Assembly (NCBI GenBank): GCA_951406725.2
Contig: OX597833.1
Span: 44,888,001-44,952,000, forward strand
Length of the DNA: 64,000 bases
Direction: 5' to 3'
From: Octopus vulgaris
Lineage: Eukaryota
Shown: positions 51,462-64,000 of the stretch, piece after piece
Layout: each line of letters starts with the position of its first letter
How positions within the stretch are numbered: the first letter of the stretch is position 1
Notes under the pieces: generated by a model
What the model saw: the letters and a program-made list of their open reading frames with translations, nothing else
Database searches by the model: none
What the model was told of the DNA's origin: nothing
Translations under genes and position numbers: made by a program

Positions 51462-52540
51462 GTTATACATATGCATATATGCATGCATACACATGTATGT
51501 TGTAGAAACAGACAATGCATCATAAACATGAAGCGAATTTGGATAAATTCTTCAGCCCTGTAGTTGATGCTCCTGATAATGATCTGTAGGGCAGAAGACA
51601 GTGCAACTCATCCTCCTAGTAATTCCCATTGCACCACAACATATTACATCATTTGTGGTGAGTGCATAACACATCATAAAACTTCTGTGTTCTTATTCAT
51701 TCTGTAACATTATTTCTCCTAAAATGCCTTTATGTATTTACTGTACTCTATGTGCTTGAAAACTGATATTATCATGCATAGTTTTGGTTGAATACACCTG
51801 TTTCTTTTGCAAAAAAAGAATTCGCTCGGAACTCATCTCAGTTTCTAACATAGAATTCAATGAGAAAATGTTCTGCTTTTACAGATTTCCAAGTTAAAGC
51901 AAGATTTTCAGGAATATAGCGCCACCCCGACTGGCCTCCGTGCTGGTGGCACGTAAAAAGCACCATCCGATCGTGGCCGTTTGCCAGCCTCGTCTGGCAC
52001 CTGTGTTGGTGGCACATAAAAAGCACCCACTACACTCACGGAGTGGTTGGTGTTAGGAAGGGCATCCAGCCGTAGAAACATTGCCAGATCAGGCTGGGCC
52101 TGGTGCAGCCTTCTGGCTTCCCAGACCCCAGTTGAACTGTCCAACCCATGCTGGCATGGAAAGCGGACGCTAAACGATGATGATGATGATGATGATGATA
52201 TGGTTGGGGGTGCTGTTTTGCAACTGAAATATTACAAGCAACTGTATAGTCACTTAGCCTGCAAGAAATAGCAGCCACATCTCCATTAAATCACATCCTA
52301 CTATCTTAAACAAAGGAAGATTATAGGACCATGGACAACACAGTGCCTACTATACAAGATCATGGGATGATTATGCTTGAAATACTTTAATTCATAGGTT
52401 TAATCAATCAGAACTTACCCGAGACTAATCAACAACTGAAATATGAATATTATGTATAAATTACAAATATTTTCTCAAATGTGATTAATACATAAGGCAT
52501 AAAACTAAGCCATGAAATCTATACTGAAGTCAACACTTAC

Positions 52541-52756
52541 AATTCCTTTGATGCCTCTCTTGTTTTTCTTGATTCCAGTAATCTTGTTATATTTGGAAGG
52601 CTCTGAAAATAGCGAAACATGTGTAGAAGGAAGGGCTGCCTTGATATTGATGCCACTATAACCAAGGCCATGGAGATTGTCTTTGACATGAAATGATATT
52701 CGACACATATCCTTTGGTGCAAATTCCACATGCTGTAAGGAGTTGTCATCTGAAAT
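52541..52756 (-). CDS. GPATCH1: GPATCH1 exon (EFAPKD...KDNLHGLGYSG...)
   Basis: FAPKD and KDN.HGL.Y.G motifs; in-frame acceptor TAAG at 52757-52760, ATT|GTAAGT donor; 216 nt. Confidence 0.88.
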
Positions 52757-53851
52757 CTTAAGATAAAGAAAAATATTTCAAAAAGAAAATAATTCAAAAT
52801 AAATTCATACTTAGCTACTACTACTACTACCACCATTTCTACTACTTCATCATTAACATCACCACCACCACCACCACCACCACCACCATTACCATCATCA
52901 TTATTTATCATTTTCACAGACATGGAGCCCACACAGCTCCTCAGCTGACTAGCCCCTGTCAAACTGCCCAACCCATGCCAGCATGGAAAACAGATGTTAA
53001 ATGATGATGGTGATGATGATGATGATGATGACACACATACCGTTACTCACACACACACTGTTACACATAACTATATATACAATGGACTTCTTTCAGTTTC
53101 CATCTACCAAGTAAATGGACAGGGCTTTGGTTAGCCCAGAGCTATAGCGGAAGACATTTGCCAAAGATGCTGTGTAGTGGGATTGAACTCACGACTACAT
53201 GGTTAGGAAGCAAACTTCTTAAACATACAACCATGCTTATGCCTATAATGATAAGCATATATAAATATACACAAGCAAAGATACTAAGGTAAGGTTAAAA
53301 AAAAATGGATGACTAAAGAAGGAATGTTGTAGCTCTTATCCTTCCTGGTACAAATAACACTATTACTCTTTTAATTGTTTCAGTCATTTGACTGTGGCCA
53401 TGCTGGAACACCGCCTTTAGCCGAGCAAATCGACCCCAAGATTTATTCTATCGGTCTCTTTTGCCGAACCGCTAATGTTACGGGGACGTAAACACACCAA
53501 CATCGGTTGTCAAGCGATGATGGGAGGACAAACACAGACAAACATACACACACATACACATATATACAACAGGCTTCTTTCAGTTTCCGTCCACCAAATC
53601 CACTCACAAGACTTTGGTCAGCCCGAGGCTATAGTAGAAAAACACTTGCCCAAGGTGTCACGCAGTGGGACGGAACCCGGAATCATGTGGTTCGTAAGCT
53701 AGCTACTTACCGTACAGCCACTCCTACGTCTATATTTATCTATTTCTAATAAATTTACATGAGAAAATTTACTATGAGAAAAAAAAATCTTTTTTTTTTA
53801 ATTTAATAAATATTTGAAAAATTAAAAGAAAACAAAAATTTCACAACTAAC

Positions 53852-53904
53852 CTCAGAATCTGAATCAGATGGAACTGCAGCACAACCATACAACTTCTTA
53901 TTAC
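53852..53904 (-). CDS. GPATCH1: GPATCH1 exon (NKKLYGCAAVPSDSDSE)
   Basis: Matches human KIYGCALP; TTAG / GAG|GTTAGT, phase 1-0. Confidence 0.85.
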
Positions 53905-54096
53905 CTAAGAAAGAAGGAAAAAAAGTAAGAGAAAAATAACATAAGAAAGAAAATGATTCTACCTATCCTACATAGGTGCAGTGAGAAGCTTGCTTGCCAA
54001 CTAACATTGTTCCGGGCTCAGTCCCACCCCACTATAGCCTCAGGCTAATTAAAACCTTGCGATTGGATTTGGTAGACAGAAACTGAAAGAAACCTG

Positions 54097-54161
<65 letters not shown>

Positions 54162-54419
54162 AATTGAGATAGGGGTTGTAAATGCAACCCTCCATGGGAT
54201 AACATATATCCAATATATACTCTTTTACTCGTTTCAGTCATTTGACTGTGGCCATGCTGGAGCACAGCCTTTAATCAAACAAATCGCCCCCAGGACTTAT
54301 TCTTTGTAAGCCTAGTACTTAATCTATCGGTTTCTTCGCCGAAACGCTAGGTTACGGGGCCGTAAACATGCCAGCATCAGTTATCAAGCGATGTTGGGGG
54401 GACAAACACAGACACACAA

Positions 54420-54896
<477 letters not shown>

Positions 54897-55191
54897 TCAT
54901 CATCGTTTAGTGTCCACTTTCCATGCTAGCATGGGTTGGACAGTTCAACTGGGGTCTGGGAAGCCAGAAGGCTGCACCAGGCCCAGTCTGATCTGGCAAT
55001 GTTTCTACAGCTGGATGCCCTTCCTAACGCCAACCACTCCGTGAGTGTAGTGGGTGCTTTTTACGTGCCACTGACACAGGTGCCAGATGAGGCCACACAG
55101 AGGGCCACGATCGGATGGTGCTTTTTACATGCCACCGGTACGGGGTCCAGGCGAGGCTGGCAACGGCCACGATCGGATGGTGCTTTTTACG

Positions 55192-55226
<35 letters not shown>

Positions 55227-55967
55227 CATACATACGACAGGCTTCTTTCAGTTTCCATCTACCAAATCCACTCACAAGGCTTTGGTCGGCCTGAGGCTAT
55301 AGTAGAAGACACTTGCCCAAGGTGCCACGCAGTGGGACTGATCCTGGAAATGTGGTTCATAAGCAAGCTACTTACCACACAGCCACTCCTACGCCTATAT
55401 ATATATATATATGAATGTGTGTGTGTTTGTCCCCCACTGCCGCTTGACAACTGCTGTTGGTGTGTTTACATACCTATAACTTAGCAGTCTGGCAAAAGGT
55501 ACCGATAGCATACGTGTCAGACTTTAAAATCGTAAGTTCTGGGGTCAATTCATTTGACTAAAAAAAATTCTCTGAGGCAAGTGCTCCAGCATGGCCACGG
55601 TCTAATGACTGAAACAAGTATAAGACAAAAGATAAAAGATACATAAGCACCAGGTCTCTTTCATCGAGAAAGAAGTTTACTTCTAGAATTAGAAATACAG
55701 CTTGTACATGTTTAACCCAGTGATGTGTTGCTTAGTCGTGTTGACCCTGCAACCCCACAATATAAACAAGTTAAATCCATAGTGTGTGTGTGTGTGTTTG
55801 TGAGAGATAGAGAGTAGCTTATTTCAGCTTCTGTTTACCAAATCCACTTACAAGCCTTTGGTTGGCCTGGAGTAATGATGTAAGACAAGACATGTATCCA
55901 AGGTGACATACAGGAGGGCTGAGCTCCAAACTATATAAAAGTGAAGTGGACTTCTTCACTACATCAC

Positions 55968-56025
<58 letters not shown>

Positions 56026-56130
56026 ATGTATGTATGTATGTATGTATGTATGTATGTATGTATGTATGTATATGTATATGTATATGTATATATGTATGTA
56101 TATATATATGTATATATATATATATATATA

Positions 56131-56515
56131 TGGAAGCACTCCGTCGGTTACGACGATGAGGGTTCCGGTTGATCTGACCAACGGAACAGCCTGCTCGTGA
56201 AATTAACGTGTAAGTGGCTGAGCACTCCACAGACACGTGTACCCTTAACGTAGTTCTCGGGGATATTCAGCGTGACACAGAGAGTGACAAGGCCAGCCCT
56301 TTGAAATACAGGTACAAGAGAAACAGGAAGAAAGAGTGAGAGAAAGTTGTGGTGAAAGAGTACAGCAGGGATCACCACCATCCCCTGCCGGAGCCTCGTG
56401 GAGCTTTAGGTGTTTTCGCTCGATAAACACTCACAAAGCCCGGTCTGGGAATCGAAACCGCGATCCTACGACCGCGAGTCCGCTGCCCTAACCACTGGGC
56501 CATTGCGCCTCCACA
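56131..56515 (-). mobile_element. tRNA-derived SINE sharing head and body with family B but with a different 3' tail
   Basis: Head TGGCCCAGTGGTTAGGGCAGCGGACTCGCGGTCG and body CTCTTTCACCACAACTTTCTCTCACTC shared with 5447-5752; diverges afterwards. Confidence 0.75.
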
Positions 56516-56601
<86 letters not shown>

Positions 56602-56818
56602 CTGGCAGACACGTTAGCGTGCCAGGTGAAATGCTTAGTGGTATTTCGTCTGTCGTTACGTTCTGAGTTCAAATTCCGCCGAGGTCAACGTTGCTTTTCA
56701 TCCTTTCGGGGTCGATAAATGAAGTACCAGTTTCGCACTGGGGTCGATATAATTGACTCAATCCCTTCGTCTGTCCTTGTTTGTCCCCTCTATGTTTAGC
56801 CCCTTCTGAGCAGTAAAG

Positions 56819-56861
<43 letters not shown>

Positions 56862-59187
56862 GCCTTACTGGCACTTGTGCCGGTGGCATGTGAAAAACAT
56901 TCAAGCGAAGTCGTTGCCAGTGCTGCTGGACTGGCTCCTGTGCAGGTGGCACGTAAAAAAAAATAACACCATTTGAGCGTGGCCGTTGCCAGTACCGCCT
57001 GACTGGCCCTCATGCCGGTGGCACGTAAAAGCACCCACTACAATCTCGGAGTGTCAGCTTTGGCATGATTTCTATGGCTGGTTGCTCTTCCTAAAGCCAA
57101 CCATTTTACAAAGTGTATGCTAGGTGCTTTTTTTTTTTTGCCACCTGCACAAGAGAGGTTTCCATGTACCTCACAAGACTAAGGTCTTCATTGGTTGAGA
57201 GGGGCTACAGCAAAGAAGCAGGTTAGGCAGTGGTTCTCAACCAGGGTCCATATGGCGCTTGTAAGGTTTTGTTGTTAAAATTTATGTGCAACAAATTGGT
57301 TATACTTCTACAATACACAAGACATTTTAATCTTTTTCATACACTTCCTAATGAAAATTAATTTAAAAAATACATTAGAAATCTTTTTATATATATACAC
57401 AGAATGACTAAGGAGGTCCAGTAGAGTATATATATATATATGCCGGTGGCACGTAAAAAGCACCCACTACACTCACGGAGTGGTTGGCGTTAGGAAGGGC
57501 ATCCAGCTGTAGAAACACTGCCAGATCAGACTGGAGCCTGGTGCAGCCTCCTGGCTTTCCAGACCCCAGTTGAACTGTCCAACCCATGCTAGCATGGAAA
57601 GGTGGACGCTGAACAATGATGATGATGATGATGATGATACGGTTGGGGTTGCTCTACTGGATGTGCAATGTGAGTGATTCTTCTTGTGCCTAGTTTTTAA
57701 CTCAAAGCTGCTGAGTGAATCAGATGAATAAGGAGAATCAGATGTAGTGTGCAAAAAAGAAGACTCAGCTGGTATGGACATGTGATGTGTAGGGATGGGG
57801 ACAGCTGTAAAAAGAAGTACCAATTACTAACTGGGACTGGGACTTGCAGAAAAAGGAGAGCCAGGAAGACATGAGATGAAGTGGTTAAGGTTAACCTTAG
57901 GACCCAGAGTCTGAGAGAGGGGATGATAAAGAACCAGGATTTCTAGCAATATGAGGTTCTCAAACAGACCTGCCTCTATCAGCGAAATATAGTTCTGGAA
58001 AGGTTATGTACAGTACTCTCCATCTACACTACAGTGGTTCATCCCCCAACTCCCAACTCCTGCCTCTTCTCTCTTCCCCATCAGCTTCTGCAGACTGCCC
58101 AACCATATCATCCCTCCCTCTTATCCTCCACCATGACAACTGTATCTTTACTACACCTACTGCTGCCCACCACCACTCTCTTCTGCATCCCTCTATCTCC
58201 CCCAACTTGCAACTCCTTGCTCATCCATCCTTCAACCCTATCCATTTTGGCAGCCTCTCTCCCCATCTACACATTCTCTTTCCAATACAATCTTGCAAAC
58301 TGATTCTTCAACTCACTTTGTGCCTTGTGGGACCATCAAGACACTTTATTGCCATTATCTATCTCTAACAGCCTACTGTTCATTTTCTCTCCCTCTCTCC
58401 TTTTCCTCTATGTGTAAGTAGTTATGCAGATCCCCTACAAGAAGCTGCACAGCTGCCTACCTGCTTCCCATAAGTCAATTCTCTCATATCCCAGTATGAA
58501 GCTGAATATACCCCCAGGTTTGTAGTTCTGCAACCTGCATGGTGACTTCAATAGTGCATGTGGCACAAAAAGGCATCCAGTCAACACTGTGAAGTGGTTA
58601 GTGTTAGGAAGGGCATCCAGCCATAGACACCATGCCAAAACAGACATTGGAGTACAATGCAGTTCTTGGACACACTGGATCCTGTCAAACCGTCTTAACC
58701 ATGGTTTGACATGGAGCATGGGCATTAAATGATGATGATGATGTGTATTCGTGTGTGAGGGAAGAGTGGAAGATGCATGTATGCATTCCTACATTTGTGC
58801 TTCTTCAGAATCACTGAGATACAAGTGGTGACATTATTTTCCTTGTCAACAAAATGTCCACTGGTTTTGCAACTTTGAAGACATGTTCGATAAGAGATCG
58901 CTGATTTGAAAAACAAGTAAGGGTTATCAATAATAAGGGCATCCAGCTGTAGAACATGTTATGTTAAACCTGTAAAATGAACAAACAAATGATATGTATC
59001 CACCCACACACACATGGATACATAAATGCACACATAGATATACATAGACACACACACACACACATACACATGCATGCATGTGCAGACACGCATTAACATA
59101 AGCTTGCATGTTTAAAATAGAATATATCTTAGTAACATTAACAATAATAGGAAATGCACAACCATTCATGAACGGCAATGGTCTTAC

Positions 59188-59288
59188 TTGATTTTAACTC
59201 CTTCTTTCTGCGTTTTCTTTGTCTCGGTCCAACACCTTGTCCTTCTTTCCAGCCCATCTTTCGCAGTAGCTTCACTCCAATTGATATC
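59188..59288 (-). CDS. GPATCH1: GPATCH1 G-patch exon (ISIGVKLLRKMGWKEGQGVGPRQRK...)
   Basis: Canonical G-patch G..LL.KMGW..G.G.G; ATAG / A|GTAAGA, phase 2-1. Confidence 0.95.
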
Positions 59289-59893
59289 CTATCATATACA
59301 TATATTACAGATTAAGCATACAGGTAACTACATGAATTAACAAAACAAAAAAGAAAAATAATTGTCATGTTGTTACTGCTGTTATGTGGCCTCGGGCATA
59401 TCTTGATCCTATAACAATTTATATTAATCAAAAACAATCTGGCTGTACCTATACCAGTATTTATTCAGGCATATTACATTATCTGATATGTCCTTCTTTT
59501 TAAGATGAAAGTATCAACTATCTTATTTTACACCTTCGACCTGCATCCACACACACACACACACACATCCATACACACCCAAACCAAAAAGTATACGATG
59601 GACAATGCAAACATACACACATCCACGTACTATGTAAACAAAGCCAACCACATCCTCTATCCCACCCAACACCCCCGAATTGTACCTACAATTGTATATA
59701 TTGGATAATAATTGAAGTATTAGGCGCAGGAGTGGCTGTGTGGTAAGGAGCTAGTTTACCAACCACGTGGTTCCGGGTTCAGTCCCACTGCATGGCACTT
59801 TGGGCAAGTGTCTTCTACTATAGCTTTGGGCCGACCAAAGCCTTGTGAGTGGATTTGGTAGACGGAAACTGAAAGAAGCCCATCGTATATATG

Positions 59894-59943
<50 letters not shown>

Positions 59944-60689
59944 TGTGTGTGTTTGTCCCCCTAGCGTTGCTTGACATATATATATAAATTTGACTGAAAT
60001 TGATGGGTGAACATTTGCCCAATCAGATTCGCAAGGAGCCATGAAAGGAGCCATGTATATATATATATATGCATATATACATACATATATGTACATACTT
60101 ACATATATATATATATATATATATATGCATATATGGGTACAGAACATCACAAAATGTAAACAACAAGAAATACAAAGGCAAACTTGGGTATGCAAACAAC
60201 AAGCGAAACAAATGGAAAACAAAACAAGTAACATAAAGAACAACCCTTCATCAGTTGTCAGCTGTGATCATCTTTTTTCTCCTTCAGACCAGATGCATTC
60301 TTATCTGTCTCCTCTCATATCATTTCTCTTGTCAAAGAATATTCCTCCAACATTCTCCCTACCTTGCCTGACCTAACAGCCCTCCATGTTTTTTTACGTT
60401 TAGTTTGTTGTATGTCTCCACTGTCCTGTTACCGACTTTGACCCTCTGCAAATCCCCAATTTTATTTTGATTCATGGGAGCAACTGTTTTTTGAAGCCTC
60501 ATATTGTCGTTAAATGCTCAAAATGTGGAGTAGATGAACAGCCAACAACTGATGAAGGGTCGTTCTTTATGTTACTTGTCTTGTTTTCCATTTGTTTCTC
60601 TCGTTGTTCGCATACCCAAGTTTGGCTTCGTAATTCATTTTGTTTCCGTATTTCACGTTGTTTACATTTTGTGATGTCCTGTACCCATA

Positions 60690-61166
60690 TATGCATATAC
60701 ATATACATATATATATATGAAAGTATGTACATATATGAATGTATATACATATATGAATGTATATATATGCATATATATGTACATACATACATATATATGT
60801 ATATACATACATATATATGTATATACATACATATATATGTATATACATACATATATATATATATGTATATACATATATATACATACATATATACATACAT
60901 ATATATATGTATATACATATATATATATATACATATACATATATATATATATACATACATATATATATATATACATATACATATATATATATATACATAT
61001 ATACATATATATATATATATACATATATACATACATATATATATATATACATATATACATACATATATATATATATACATATATACATACATATATATAT
61101 ATATATATACATATATAATATATATATATATATATAACATACATACATACATATATATATATATAC

Positions 61167-61203
<37 letters not shown>

Positions 61204-62644
61204 CATACATATATACATACATATATATATATACATACATATATATATATATACATACATACATATATATATATATACATACATACATATATATATATAT
61301 ACATACATACATATATATATATATATACATACATACATATATATATATATACATACATACATATATATATACATACATACATATATATATATACATACAT
61401 ATATATATATATATATACATACATACATATATATATATATACATACATACATATATATATATACATATATATATATACATACATACATATATATACATAC
61501 ATACATATATATATATATACATACATACATATATATATATATACATACATATATATATATATATACATACATACATATATATATATACATACATACATAC
61601 ATACATATATATATACATACATACATATATATATATATACATACATACATATATATATATATATACATACATACATATATATATATACATACATACATAT
61701 ATATATATATATACATACATACATATATATATATATACATACATACATATATATATATACATACATACATATATATATATACATACATACATATATATAT
61801 ATACATACATACATATATATATATACATACATACATATATATATATACATACATACATACATATATATATATACATACATATATATATATACATACATAC
61901 ATATATATATATACATACATACATATATATATATATACATACATACATATATATATACATACATACATATATATATATACATACATACATATATACATAC
62001 ATATATATATATACATACATACATATATATACATATATACATACATACATATATATATATACATACATATATATATATATATACATACATACATACATAT
62101 ATATATATACATACATATATATATATATACATACATACATATATATATATACATACATACATATATATATATACATACATACATATATATATATACATAC
62201 ATACATATATATATATACATACATACATATATATATATACATACATACATACATATATATACATACATACATATATATATATACATACATACATATATAT
62301 ATATACATACATATATATATATATACATACATACATATATATATATACATACATACATATATATATATACATACATACATATATATACATACAAACATAT
62401 ATATATATACATACATACATATATATATATACATACATACATATATATATATACATACATACATATATATATATACATACATACATATATATATATACAT
62501 ACATACATATATATATATACATACATATATATATACATACATACATATATATACATACATACATATATATATACATACATACATATATATACATACATAC
62601 ATATATATACATACATACATATATATACATACATACATACATAT

Positions 62645-62677
<33 letters not shown>

Positions 62678-62695
62678 CAACATACATATACATAC

Positions 62696-62737
<42 letters not shown>

Positions 62738-62765
62738 ATACATACATATATATACATATATATAT

Positions 62766-62796
<31 letters not shown>

Positions 62797-63287
62797 CATA
62801 TATATACATATATATACATATATATATACATACATATATATACATATATATATACATATATATACATATATATATATATATACATATCATATATATACAT
62901 ATATATATACATATATATATATACATATATATATACATACATATATATACATATATATATATATATACATATATATATACATACATATATATATCATATA
63001 TATCATATATATATACATAGCATATATATACAAATATATATACATATATATAACAACCATATATATACCACACAGGTGCATATATATATACACATATATA
63101 TACACATATATATATACACATATATATATACACATATATATACACATATATATATACACATACATATATATACATATATATATACATATATATATACATA
63201 TATATATACACATATATATATACACATACATATATATACATATATATATACATATATATATACATATATATATACACATACATATAT

Positions 63288-63345
<58 letters not shown>
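60690..63345. repeat. ~2.7-kb compound (TA)n/(TACA)n microsatellite array
   Basis: Alternating (TA)3-6 and (TACA)2-4 blocks; produces the spurious 778-969 aa ORFs. Confidence 0.97.
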
Positions 63346-63347
<2 letters not shown>

Positions 63348-63407
63348 CACACATTTTATTTATATTATATGATTGAATGACACGCATCCATTTCCAAGTA
63401 AGTTTAA

Positions 63408-63441
<34 letters not shown>

Positions 63442-63956
63442 TGTGTATGTATGTCCGTACGTACATACGTATGCATGTATGTGTGTGTATGTATAAATGT
63501 GTGTATATGTATAAATGTGTGTGTGTGTCTGTCTGTTACAGTGTCATTATTTAGCATAAACTAAAAACAGCAAATTGAATGAACCATTATAATGTTCCTA
63601 AAACAAAGATTATAATGCACCAAAGAGGAAGCCTCAAAGTGGGAGCTCAACCTGTTAAAAATAGCAGCCAAACTTCTTCATTTAAATTACTGCTTTCTTA
63701 AAGAAGAACGTACTGCATATAACTATATAGTCATAGCTACCCTATGTCTGAAACAACAAAAAGGATAGAATAGCCACAGACTAGTATGCCTTCCATCATA
63801 GGTCTGCTTGATTAAGGATGTCCTAAAACTAAACAACAACTCAACAGAGTAACTGCAGTCAAATTTGAACTCAAAACCTCATAGACATCAATCAGACTAG
63901 TCTCACATTTTGATCACAAAACTAAAAATATCTTTAAAATTCCACATGGAACTTAC

Positions 63957-64000
63957 TTTTCTGGAACAATGAAGTCAAGCAAAGCACCATCAACATTATG
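63957..64000 (-). CDS. GPATCH1: GPATCH1 exon, partial at window edge (HNVDGALLDFIVPEK)
   Basis: AA|GTAAGT donor, phase 2 joins the G-patch exon; resembles human LLDDLITPAK preceding the G-patch. Confidence 0.8.

Noticed and set aside
60467-63387. 778-969 aa ORFs on both strands
   Set aside because: Translations of TA/TACA repeats (I/Y/H/T/M/C/V only), which lack stop codons; not genes.

Overview
AT-rich, microsatellite- and SINE-dense eukaryotic genomic DNA. The repeat landscape suggests a cephalopod such as Octopus (inference). Two spliced genes converge tail-to-tail. ENY2 (+ strand, coding exons 5105/7603-12441, first coding exon not located) has a tandemly duplicated 81-nt exon and a GC-AG intron. 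GPATCH1 (- strand) has 15 in-frame coding exons from the window end to the stop at 18142, and its 5' part lies beyond the window. The introns hold several SINE families, RTE, CR1 and R4/Dong LINE fragments, piggyBac-like and foldback MITEs, several long palindromes and a Penelope-type minimal hammerhead-like motif. The most striking element is a complete 2.2-kb, TSD-flanked retroelement (37498-39717) that encodes only an intact gag-like ORF1 with a zinc knuckle and no reverse transcriptase. It has tandem ~200-bp 5' monomers and sits inside the tRNA-like head of a SINE, so it resembles a HAL1 'half-LINE'. Most ORFs in the supplied track are repeat artefacts. All calls were made by eye; no searches were run.
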